64,000 nucleotides of DNA from Balanoglossus misakiensis (taxonomy: Eukaryota; Animalia; Hemichordata): the NCBI GenBank assembly GCA_040954595.2, contig CM082591.2, positions 6,096,166 to 6,160,165 of the forward strand, read 5' to 3'. How positions within the stretch are numbered: the stretch's first letter is position 1; each line of letters begins with the position of its first letter. The position numbers and the translations under genes are program-made. Positions 24,625 through 45,900 of this stretch are shown here, piece by piece. Below the pieces are notes generated by a model. It was not told the origin of the DNA. It ran no database searches and saw only the letters and a program-made list of their open reading frames with translations.

Positions 24625-25980
24625 CGCGCTGAAAGATTCCAACATGAGGAGGGGACGTTGTTATAGATCTACAGTACGTGAACGAATATCGCATCTGCTG
24701 TCCTTGGTGAACTTGGTAGGCATCGTTCACAAACTTGTCGTTCTCACAGAATATTAGTTTAAATTGCTACATGTAGACAATTATGTACATTAAAAATGCT
24801 ATGGATACCAGTTCGAGATGGCAGAGAAAGAGAGTTCAAAGCTGCTGGACCAGAAAACGTCAAAGGCCTGTATCATTTTTTGGGGGGGGGGGGGGGAGTG
24901 TGGAACATGCAAACGGCTTGATACAAAGAGTTCGCTTTTCTTTCGGGATTTGAGCAGGGAACATTGAATATAGGGATGCAACAATGGAAAGCAGACATTG
25001 AAACATATTCCAAACTTCATGTTTATAGATTATATAAATATGATTTAGTTCTGGAAAATAATTAAGTGTTATAAGTGGATTTTTTAGGAGAGCATTATGC
25101 AGATTATAGTTAGTGTGTCTCAAATATTGTGGTGAATGCTGGGTCAGCACTCCTTATGGTATAGTTGTATTGTTATCAACACCGTAGTATTCTTATTCCT
25201 TTCCTTAACATTGTTACACTTTTAACGAGACTTCTTCACTTCTTTAGAGAATGATAGGCGAGAAACATTCTATTAATTCAGTGATGAACTATTAATATTT
25301 GTACTTTTTATCTTGAAACTTCAATACAGTAGAGTCTCGCTATAACGAACACTGTTATAACGATTATTCGGATATAACGAACGAGAACGGTGTCCTCCGA
25401 GAATTTTTCATTAGTACCACAAAGGTCCGCAATCAGTTTTGTCGGTAGACAAGTTTGATTTTTGAAATAAAGGTCACTACACAGATTCCCATAAACAGCA
25501 AAGTTTCAACCAAGCCTTAAGGGTAGCTTGTAAGATCCATCGTTTCATTTATATTTTTTCAAATTTCCTTTTTCTCATTCCAAAAGTTTCCTTTTCATGG
25601 TCTTCAGAGCCTGGTACCTGATTTGGAGAAATTTTGGTTGAACGGGACAGTATGGAAATGTCATTGTTTTGGTTAGCATTCTCTCAGTGTGTCGTCGACT
25701 TGACAGAACCATTACTGTTGTCAGTCCCACGGGGGGGGGGGGGGGTTACGTGCATGTACAAGTACGGCGGAAATCACCATGTGGTCAATGCCCCGGGAGC
25801 CAGGCGCTCGAAGGTCCTGTTAAGTTGTGCACGCATGACTCAAAACTTTCTGTAACTTAACACTGAGACTTTCTCAAACAAACGAGTGTGCCATTTGTTA
25901 CATGTGCGGACCAAGAGAGAAACAGTGCCAATTATGACGTCATGCTATTTTATTCACCCCTGCCAATATACCAGTGCGAC

Positions 25981-26096
25981 ACCTTCCCCTAAGGGCAGTG
26001 GAATATGCCGGATATGACGTGGTTCTGAATCAGCCAATCAACTGACTGGCACCACACACACCGCCTTTAACATTGGTTCGCTGGAGAACTGGTTGG
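25981..26096. repeat. Left copy of the 116-bp direct repeat bracketing the 136-bp array
   Basis: ACCTTCCCCTAAGGGCAGTGGAATATGCCGGATATGACGT...GGAGAACTGGTTGG, near-identical to 26905-27020. Contains ATGACGT (CRE-like) and CCAAT/ATTGG motifs. Confidence 0.9.
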
Positions 26097-26904
26097 TTTC
26101 TTCAATCTCCTGTCTTCAATCTTCTGTCCCGGGGTGATCTGTGGAGGCAAACAGAGGAAAAATATGGTTAGAATATTTTAAAATAAATATTGATTTAATA
26201 CATAGAATAAAACCTACCAGAATTATCGCTGCAATCTTCTGTCTTCTTTCTTCAATCTTCTGTCCTGGGGTGATCTGTGTAGGCAAAAAGAGGAAAAATA
26301 TGGTTAGAATATTTTAAAATAAATATTAATTTAATACATAGAATAAAACCTACCAGAATTATCGCTGCAATCTCCTGTCTTCTTTCTTCAATCTTCTGTC
26401 CTGGGGTGATCTGTGGAGGCAAAACGAGGAAAAATATGGTTAGAATATTTTAAAATAAATATTGATTTAATACATAGAATAAAACCTACCAGAATTATCG
26501 CTGCAATCTTCTGTCTTCTTTCTTCAATCTTCTGTCCTGGGGTGATCTGTGGAGGCAAAACGAGGAAAAATATGGTTAGAATATTTTAAAATAAATATTG
26601 ATTTAATACATAGAATAAAACCTACCAGAATTATCGCTGCAATCTTCTGTCTTCTTTCTTCAATCTTCTGTCCTGGGGTGATCTGTGTAGGCAAAAAGAG
26701 GAAAAATATGGTTAGAATATTTTAAAATAAATATTAATTTAATACATAGAATAAAACCTACCAGAATTATCGCTGCAATCTCCTGTCTTCTTTCTTCAAT
26801 CTTCTGTCCTGGGGTGATCTGTGTAGGCAAACAGAGGAAAAATATGGTTAGAATATTTTAAAATAAATATAAATTTAATACATGGAACAAAACCTACCAG
26901 AATT
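26097..26904 (-). repeat. Tandem array of about 6 x 136-bp units; each unit is a 79-nt GT-AG intron plus a 57-nt exon on the minus strand
   Basis: GAATTA recurs at 26220, 26356, 26492, 26628, 26764 and 26900 (period 136). Minus-strand unit: CTG|GTAGGT...TTCTAAC...ATTTTTCCTCTGTTTGCCTCCACAG|ATC. Confidence 0.92.
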
Positions 26905-27020
26905 ACCTCCCCCTAAGGGCAGTGGAATATGCCGGATATGACGTTGTTCTGCACCAACCAATCAACTGACTGGCACCATACACACCGCCTTTAACATTGG
27001 TTCACTGGAGAACTGGTTGG
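26905..27020. repeat. Right copy of the 116-bp direct repeat bracketing the 136-bp array
   Basis: Matches 25981-26096 apart from a handful of substitutions. Confidence 0.9.
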
Positions 27021-28296
27021 CCAAGTCCCATACTAAATATCGAAATAATAATATTGACCACAGTTGTAAATTTCAACCGCACTACCCCGCCTCTGTTCAG
27101 TTTGAGTCTGAGAAAGTGTAACGCTTTGAATCTAGACGTAATACCACGAAACAAAACTGCAGGTAGTCCCCTCAATAAGGTGAGTTTCACAGTCAATATG
27201 TCAAACTCATATCATCAAATTGTGATCACACCAAAATTTGCTATACGATAAACATGATTTTGAAGTTACGTGTGATAACAAGATCATGTTTAAAATATCC
27301 ATAAAGTTGTGTATGAGACGTCACTTTACCTCGTCTTTATTTTGTACACACAAGCGTTCATTGTAACTTTCTTACTGAAAAACAAGCAACTTAAAAATAA
27401 TGAAAATGCACTCTCATAAAATCCAATTTATTGTTTAATATTTTATAATCACAAAATAGTTCAAATCGTGTTAATAGAATTGAACATGCCTCAGTATAGA
27501 CCTGTACATGTATAGAAATTGCAGGGTGCTTGTTGTTGTATCATCCTGCCCGCTCTTTGCGTACGGGGTGCCACGTTTTGACCTTGTGGGTTCTAATTGA
27601 CCTTTGAACGTTATGACAATGACCGGACCCTTTTTAATGTAAGCGGTGACGCAGTATTTCCGCATGGAGGGTGAAGTGTGAGAGATGATGATGATGCCCG
27701 TCACGAATAAAATGCAAACCGTAGCAGTTACACAATCCAGTTATCAAACAGACTTCATGGCTTTATTTTGTAAATATAGAAAAAGCGCTGCAGTGTATTT
27801 CAGAGTAGCCTATGCATCGCAACGTCCTTTCACATACCGGCACATTGAGGTAATTACCACTAATGCCTGTAAACCTAAAGTAAACACTTTACTATGGCGG
27901 TTATTTTCGAGGGTACCATGTTAGATTCGAACTAAAACGCGTGTGTCTGCTCCGTTATCTATATCTTTAGTTGAAGCGACAATGCTTTGTAAGTAGTTAC
28001 AACCCAGACAGTAACAACTGTTTACAACATTGAATTCTACTCATGGTAGTTTGCATGCAAATCACGAACTAATAAATTTACCAACAGATGAGTGCTGGGT
28101 ATATGGTCTTATGTAGCATGGTATTTTTATAACGTTTATTCAAATTATTATTCTGTTATTATAATTACATTATTCATGGCCTATTTAGACAAGTAAGTTA
28201 AAAAAATATACGGGTTATTCAACTGTTCATTACAAAAGTACACAACTATCGTGGTATGCTCACATGCGTATTAAAATCGTCAAAATAGTGTCATTT

Positions 28297-28605
<309 letters not shown>

Positions 28606-28652
28606 TGCGCTGATAGATTATCTGTGAATTATTTCAGATATAAGATATCAAG

Positions 28653-38057
<9,405 letters not shown>

Positions 38058-39132
38058 AAGTAATTACAGAAGATAGGTGGTGGTTGTAATGCGTATTGTA
38101 TTTATTTGAATATTTAGTAAAGATTTGTGAAATATGTGACGTATAGGATATTGTACGAAATGAAGCATGTGACCAGTGATATCTTCATTAATACATGAAA
38201 GTACATTACATAAAGCTACATTGTACCCAAACTTCAACAAGAAAGTTCAGTTGAGTTGATATACAGGAGAAATGTACTGTACAAAAAGCCAAAGTTAGAG
38301 TTCTTGGGGTTCCATATTAACGGCTTAAACGCCACGATTTAATTGGTGCAACATGTTTATCATTTTCAGAGAATTTTCCAAAAGAAATTTGTTCATTCTG
38401 AGCCAAATGGACACAATATTCATAATTCTGTTGGTCTTGATCAATTTTTAGTAAAATAAAAACCCTAACGTTATGAGGTTAAATTTCTGCATAATGAAAA
38501 GTTGAATGTGGCTTCTATGTCGTTCTCACTTTAGCATGTAATATAATTACTAATTTCTATAAAGTAGTACATGACACTTGCTATGTAGCAGTTTTATTTT
38601 CCTTCAAATGTATATGCCTACAATAAAACCTTACTCAGAAGTATCTTGCTATATTGATTTTTATGAGTTATTACAATTATTGCGAAATCTACATTATAAA
38701 TCAATCGAATATGCGACTGTCTGCAAATAAAATAATTTGTTGTAAAAATACACTGCTCTCAACATAAGCAACATCAGATGTAAGGCATTTACACACTTTA
38801 CTTTTTATTTACATGTTTCATGGCATATTTTGACACATAAATCTAGTCTCGTGGCAGTAGAAGCTGATACAATAATACAATTGCATTTGGTTCGATTGTC
38901 TCATAAAATAGCTACTTAGCTAGTGTTTCAAGTAGAGCAACCCTATTTTAGATTTTGCGTGGCAAACACAAACGGCGAGTTTGAGGATGAGTCAATGGCC
39001 GTCCGTATTCAACACCCCCTTCCCCAATTACTGTGGAAACTATAAACACCACAAAACGTTCTCAGGTTGAATTCGTTGTTGATCGCCAAACTGTAATTCC
39101 CTTTATCAAAATTTGTTCAATATGCAATGACT

Positions 39133-41361
39133 TTATTGTGCAAACACCTTGATACAGGCGTTCCCACTATCAACTACTACGACCTTAGCCAATGGCTCGT
39201 CATCGGTTACGCAGATACCGTAAGGACTGTCAAGACTTAAAGCATTGTTAACACGACAAACAAATTTCCCCCCTGATTCATATTTGACTATTCTGTTATT
39301 GCCCCTATCTGAGACATACACATAGCCGTGATTATCCACGGCCACTCCATAAGGAGTATTCAGCTGACCATCTCCACTCCCTTTGCAGCCAAACTTATAC
39401 AAGAATTGACCGTCGCCGTCGAACACTTGAATTTGATGGTTACCAGTATCTGATACATAGACATTGCCTTTGTTGTCTACTCCGACAAAGCGAGGGTCAG
39501 AAAGCCGGCCACTTCCAAATGATTTGATGTGGTTTCCATCTTGGTCATACATGTGAATACAGCTCGAACTATAATCCACAACATAGACCCTACTGTTCAC
39601 AGGACTAATCGTAATACCAAACGGAGATTTAAGTAATCCTTTTCCAAAACATTTGATCAGACTGCCGTCGTGGTCACAGACGATAACTTGGCTAGTGTGA
39701 TGATCTGTGGTGTATATTTTGCCATCCAATGAAATAGCTGAATCACGGGGGTTTATCGCATTGCCACTACTGCTCGAGACGTTCGGAAATTTAAATACAT
39801 TCACGTGACTTCCAAAAAGATCAAATGATTGCAATCTCCTATTTTCAAATTCAGTCACTAAAACATTCCCATCTCTAGTTAAAGTTATCCCGCGTGGATC
39901 CCTCAATTTACCAAGCCCACTGCCCGACCCCCCAAACCTAACCAGCAACCCTTTCTTAGGAATAACTTTAATTCTAACGGGAAACCCATGCACAGATTTC
40001 TTACGTATTGATGCTGACAGTTCATGTTCCCCTTCCATTTTGGCAAGAGTTTTCAAAGTCAACTTGCCATTGTCAGTATCTTCCACTTCTACCTTGTGTA
40101 CGTTCTTATCTGGCGTTTTCATCACTGCCTCAATGTCACTCTGTAAAAGTGCACAATTCTGCTGAGTGGGTTCACAGGTTGTTGCTATAGTTACGTTGAT
40201 GTCCTCTGCTACCCTGGCAAAGTCTGGCGCGTGCAGCAGTTTGTACCTTGTTGTGTGTATCAGTCCGAGACTATTGCCTTCGCAGAAGTCATTTGACGGT
40301 TCAAATTGAACATAGTCCATATCCGTTGGGTCATTAATGGTATTGACGTCCAGCATTTGATTCATTTGGCTTGCAATTCCCTTCTTTGCCAGCATCAGCT
40401 GCGCAGCATTGCCATTGTGGATTAAGTTTTGGACATACTCATTTGCATATGTGAGATCATCTTCGGCAATTTCCAGTTCTTTTAGCTGTGCGCCCAAACA
40501 AGCTGCCCTATCTTCACTGTGATCTTTCAGTTCAGTAAGAAGCTGGTCGCCGGCTTCTTGAATCAGACGGGTTGTTTCCTCGATCATTTTACGGGTATGT
40601 TCGTTTATCTGCTCTCTCTGTCTTCTCACACTTTGCTGTAGCGATTCTGACGCAGCTGTCACACGTATTATGCTCAGTTTAGCTTCGTTCACTTTCATTT
40701 TCACTTTGTCGACCATTTCTGTCAAATCATTGGTGTAATCTGCGGCCGCCTCTTTGATGCATCTGTATCTATGCTCTGTCATTGGATGATCCAGTGCAGT
40801 GCACCTTAGACATATCGCCTTGTCACACGTGTCGCAGAAGAATTCGAGTTGATAAGCCGCGTGATCAGTGCAGTAAACTGGGGGATGCACCGACGCCAGG
40901 TCAACGCACTGTGTGGCAAGGCAATCTAAGGTCAACAGGCGGTGGGATTTCGTCGACGGAAATACTTGGTGAGCACTGACGCAAGCCTCACAAATATCGA
41001 CATTGCATTCGACACAGTGTTTCACCCTGCTTTCTTTCTTGCACGCCTCACATTCGAGTTCTGTCCAGTTGTCTCGATTCTTAAACAAATCAACCATATC
41101 ATTGACGAAAACGTTGTCGTCAAAGGCAGACACTGTACCAGGAAGATCGTGTGACCGCCGACATATCGGGCAAGCTATGGCCGTACTTTCCCCTGCCAGT
41201 TTACCTAGGCACGGCTCACAGAAGCTGTGGAGGCACGGCAAAATCTTAGCATTCTTGTATCGCTCCGAACATATGCTACAGAGGAGGAAATTCTCGTTCA
41301 TTTCGCCCTTGTCGTCAGTCCCAGTCGTAGAGGCTGCCGCCATGATGAAACCGAAGGTCAT
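39133..41361 (-). CDS. Intronless TRIM-NHL E3 ubiquitin ligase (TRIM2/3/71-like: RING, two B-boxes, coiled coil, filamin-like region, NHL repeats), 742 aa
   Basis: Single ORF (alternative start at 41343). C3HC4 RING (CSIC...LPCLHSFCEPC...CPIC), B-box1 (CEAC...CVEC...CEACVSAH), B-box2 (CTDH...FFCDTCDKAICLRC...H), NHL repeats (PRGIT, PFGIT, VYVSDTGNHQIQVF, PYGVAVD). Confidence 0.93.
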   Translation of the reverse strand: MTFGFIMAAASTTGTDDKGEMNENFLLCSICSERYKNAKILPCLHSFCEPCLGKLAGESTAIACPICRRSHDLPGTVSAFDDNVFVNDMVDLFKNRDNWTELECEACKKESRVKHCVECNVDICEACVSAHQVFPSTKSHRLLTLDCLATQCVDLASVHPPVYCTDHAAYQLEFFCDTCDKAICLRCTALDHPMTEHRYRCIKEAAADYTNDLTEMVDKVKMKVNEAKLSIIRVTAASESLQQSVRRQREQINEHTRKMIEETTRLIQEAGDQLLTELKDHSEDRAACLGAQLKELEIAEDDLTYANEYVQNLIHNGNAAQLMLAKKGIASQMNQMLDVNTINDPTDMDYVQFEPSNDFCEGNSLGLIHTTRYKLLHAPDFARVAEDINVTIATTCEPTQQNCALLQSDIEAVMKTPDKNVHKVEVEDTDNGKLTLKTLAKMEGEHELSASIRKKSVHGFPVRIKVIPKKGLLVRFGGSGSGLGKLRDPRGITLTRDGNVLVTEFENRRLQSFDLFGSHVNVFKFPNVSSSSGNAINPRDSAISLDGKIYTTDHHTSQVIVCDHDGSLIKCFGKGLLKSPFGITISPVNSRVYVVDYSSSCIHMYDQDGNHIKSFGSGRLSDPRFVGVDNKGNVYVSDTGNHQIQVFDGDGQFLYKFGCKGSGDGQLNTPYGVAVDNHGYVYVSDRGNNRIVKYESGGKFVCRVNNALSLDSPYGICVTDDEPLAKVVVVDSGNACIKVFAQ

Positions 41362-41721
41362 TCACTGTTCACGTGATGAATGAATTAACTGGGCCAGAGG
41401 TCGCAGACTTGTCACGTGATCCATTGTACGTCCCCTGATCCAGAAGCATGGCTATATTTTTGGCCAATAACATACATTGCATTCACACATTGGTATTAAT
41501 ATTCCCACGAAGTCGATGTAACGGCCATTACATTCATCAGAGTGTCGTTTGTCGACTAAGGATGAGAAGAGTTAAGTATTGATATCAATTTTAAAAAAAT
41601 GATAAAAGTGGCAGTTTCTGGGACTTTAAAGGATAAATTTCGAAAGCTGTCTAGTTCATACAATGCGGAATTATACTTTTTCTCATAATATACCAATAAC
41701 TGAGGATGACCCCTTGAAATC

Positions 41722-42859
41722 TCATTCACTGTGCACTTCGGTGGTTACACTGCAGACCTGCGTATCTGTGAACGACATGTTGCTGAGCATGTCGGGATTG
41801 ATCATGCCGTCTGAGAGTTCGCCGATGTCTTGAACGACCATTTGTGCCGACGGCCGGCGCGCACATGTCTGCTGAGTAAGAAAATATTTGGTAAAAATGT
41901 ATACAATACGTTATTCACAACAAGACCTCTGAAAATGGTGTGTGAAAATATGTTATTTACATGCTTTTACTATCATATACTGTTAGAGCGAGACCTATGG
42001 AAATGGTGTATGACTGCCGGTGTACATGTATGTTATATTTACAACTCAATATCGCAACTGGCCTTTCGTTTTCTGTCATATACTTCCAGTACAGCACGGC
42101 TGTATGACACTTTCAGTTTTATGTCTCAGCCTTCAGCCTTCATACATGTATATCTCTCTGTATCTTTAGGCCTATCTGTACTCTCGGTTCAACCAGAGTG
42201 CAATCCTCATGCAAACTGTTATTGCAGCCGACTCTAAAACCATATGCTTCATCAATTCTCATTTGAGGAATCTGTCTCCGCTTACCTTCATTGCGTTGGA
42301 TGATTTCGAGAAAGTGACGCTTTGTGTTGCCAGATGAGTTTCCCTCCGTCGAATCAGCTGCTTTCGTACCTGTATCACAAAGAACACAGATGGGGATAGA
42401 TGGACTTTCTGGTTTTGTTTGGCAACTTTCTTAGAAAATTATATATATCATTACTATTCGGCAAAACTCGAAGGCCAAAAGCTGAAAGGCCAAACAAAAC
42501 CGTTGTGTGGTGTTGGTCGTTTGTCCTGGCCTAAATAAATATCAGTTATGCTTTTCATATGTAATACACTTGGTCGTTTGGCACAATGTGCACGTAACTA
42601 TCATTCAATGTAAATCCGTGTTATATACTCTCTTACCTCTGAGCTGCCAACACAATAGAAAAGAAATATGAATAATCCTTGCAGAGAGTTCAAGATGGCA
42701 AACAGGTATTCAAAGACCACTGTTTGCTTGTTGATGGAGAGAATGCCAAATATCCATGTTAGACCAAGGAGGGGTAATAGTACCACTGTGGCTCGAGCAC
42801 TTGATCTGAAAATTAGCAGTAGGTAATTTGTAAAGAATTATGACATATCAAGTATGTTG

Positions 42860-42917
<58 letters not shown>

Positions 42918-45900
42918 GGTGGTGGTGGTGGTGGTGGTGGTGGTGGTGGTGGTGAAAGTGATGAATCTCTCACCTGAGTTTCGCGTGCTTTTCTTCGTTT
43001 GTGTTGCACTTCAAACTTATAATGACGCGCACTATCCTGACCAGAATGAAGGCGTTGATTGCTATGACAACAAGGACTGGTCCGAGAAACGCCCATATTG
43101 CCCCATTGTCTGTTGATAGCCAGCAGCTTGAAGTAAATAAGAGGCCAGATATATCATATTTAACGTGGAACTGATGTCCTGTGTTGCATTGTGTTGTGTT
43201 GTGCCATACAGATTTTTTGCGATACTTAACTATGTCGTAGTGTGAAAGTTTGCAAATGCTTAGGGCCTAAATGCCACTAAAAAGTCTCGTAAATTCACTT
43301 ACTTCAACTCTGAGCCGTAGTGAGCATGCGCAATGCTGGCCGAGCAGACGACAAGCATCAGTGGCAACACTGAAAGTATACAATTAATATTCAATCGCTG
43401 GCAAACAAAACTGAATGAAGTTTAAGAATAAACTCTGTTTCGAGAAATAAATCGGTTATTTTTATACGAAGTATTATATCCAGAAATCTTATCTGGCTGT
43501 TTTACCTTTGTTGGTAGGTCAGTCTCTGCTTGCCTTTGCCTGAAGTTGTAATAGAGACCAATATTCGTCGTCAATCTGCCAGTTAGTCAGTCACTCAGTC
43601 ACTCATTCTGTCTGTATGTCTGTCTACTTTTAGCAAGCTGTTCGGCGTTCTATATCTTTGTACTATTTCATCAAATAGACAAGTGGATACCTATGGTGTT
43701 TATTCCTACTTACAGCATGCACTCTGCCCCAAACAGAAATAGTGTTGAAACTGTCGTATACGTACCCCATCCTGCCGCAAAGAAAAGGGTCATACGCTTC
43801 GTTTCGCCACTGTCAAACACATTGACAAGTTTGATGTACAACTGTACTCCTTCGACCGCCATCCAACAAAATGCCGCCGTGAAGAAGAAATGGAGTAGGA
43901 TGGCCACCATTTTGCAAATTCCCTAGAAAGGAGCAAAAGCATAAAAAATATAATTATTGGCAATTGATGAATATAACTAATAATATTTTACACGTCGGTG
44001 AACTTTGTAAAGGTAATGTTTTTATCACATATTTGTCTGGTGTGGGCATCCGGCGGTATGCATGACTTGGATGTCCAACCCTTGTAAGCCCATAACATAT
44101 TGCTTCGGGATGGCTCAAAATCTGGCGGACTAATCTCAGAAAACGTTACGTATCACCTTCATAAACACGACAATCTTGATGTACATATGTGGCACATCGC
44201 AGTAGTAAGGTATCACCTGATTGGCTACTCCAAGGAAACTAACGACCGCGTGATGGCGCACATGAAACACGGTAGTAAATATGGCCGACGAGGCCATGTT
44301 TTTTTTACCACAAAGTGATTCGGTCGTGCATAGTTCTTCAGTTCGGATAACTTGATATGTGACCGTCAACACTTACCGCATTTTCTGTAGCGTCAACGCC
44401 AACAAGAAATATAACCTGCCCAATTCCAATGGCAAGGCATAGATTGAGATGAATAACCCGTTCTTGGGTGAAATGCCTGCAACAGAAATGGGTAAGATAA
44501 ACTCGAAATTTGTACAGAAAGTTAATAAGTTGCCTTTTCATTAAGTAAGACTGATCATGCATGCGTAGGCGGTACTTTCAACTTGAAATTTTGATGTTAA
44601 AATCTATCGAAGAAACATTGTTGAATTAAAATGCAATAGGAATATCTATATGCACCTTGAAAGTTGAAGCTATTTATATAAAACTGCTTCGTATATCATA
44701 TTTTCATAATTTCAAACAGTGATAGTATATAAATAGATGGAAATATCCAGATATGCATAATACATAAACAATTTCTAACTACTTGAAATTTACAAATTGT
44801 CACTCAGCCTGGTACATTCCGTTATATTTTATTGTGTTGGACGAAATCGTGTCTTACCCGAGGATGATGAAGATCGCTATAGTCGCGGCTAGTCCCAGGA
44901 TGGATATGCTGCACCCAACGATGGATATTATGCTCAGAGCTTCATAATGGGCCTGAACATTACCAGCGCTCTGAATAGGAATAACAACAGACCTTAAAGG
45001 GTGACGAACGTATTATAAGCATGTGCCAAACCAGAGACTCTGGTTACAAGCAGTGTATACAGTCAATGCCATAAGGCAGTGGGATGTCCTAACAACAGCC
45101 TGACAAGATGGCGGCGACTATAGGCCTAGTCTGTGTCGGAGATCAGGAAAAGACAGAATATTCTTTCATGTTAATTTGTTTATTATATAGAGTTCACTAA
45201 CAAAATCATTTCTTTAAATACAGCAAACGAGGTAAATGTTTGATATCTCCGAAGTCGTGAATCATCATTATTGTGTACACTAAGAGACTTTTATACAAGT
45301 ATTCCATGTATTCTTGATAGCACAGAAATGTCTAAAAGAGCAATCGTGTCTATATAACTTTCCATAGACTTACACGGACATCTGTATAGGGTACTGGTAT
45401 GGAGAGTAAACATTCTATTCCAATGCCAAAAACATGCTTTCCGTACGGACTACACGTACCTCGCCATCATCCCAGAATCTCATCAGAACTGCAAAGTTGG
45501 TAAGGTGGAAACAGTGACAAAGAACGACGCCACCAACGTCAAGATATGTGGTGCATCCGTCGTTGTTCCATCCCCCATGACTGATTTCAAAAAAAGAAAT
45601 ATGCAAAATTACATTACTGATTAAATGGGTATTTATACACAATTGGGAAAACATGAAAAACCAAACAGACATGACCCCCGGGAGAATCTTTTTGTTCATG
45701 GGTATCTAGTTTAGTATCGAGCCCGGTACAGTTTTACCACAGTCCCAAAATTTAGCTTATAGGGGTTCCTATCTCAACCATGCAGTGCAGTCATATTAGG
45801 GTACGGTATTGGAGTTACCAAATTACCTATGCTTGTATTACTAATCATAGCCAAAAGAGTGATTGAAACTGAGGCATACCTATTTTGTGTAAAGTCCCAG

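Noticed and set aside
26218-26818. Repetitive protein (ITPGQKIEERRQKIAAIIL)n from the spliced array
   Set aside because: An in-frame TAG lies upstream, there is no ATG, and the exon variant seen is non-synonymous. Not called as a CDS.
26097-26904. CRISPR-like array
   Set aside because: Units are 136 bp and almost identical along their whole length, with no unique spacers or cas genes, in a eukaryotic context.
41500-41545. Minus-strand CTGATGA followed by an ATGTAA/TTACAT stem
   Set aside because: Followed by CGAC rather than GAAA, so the catalytic core is incomplete.
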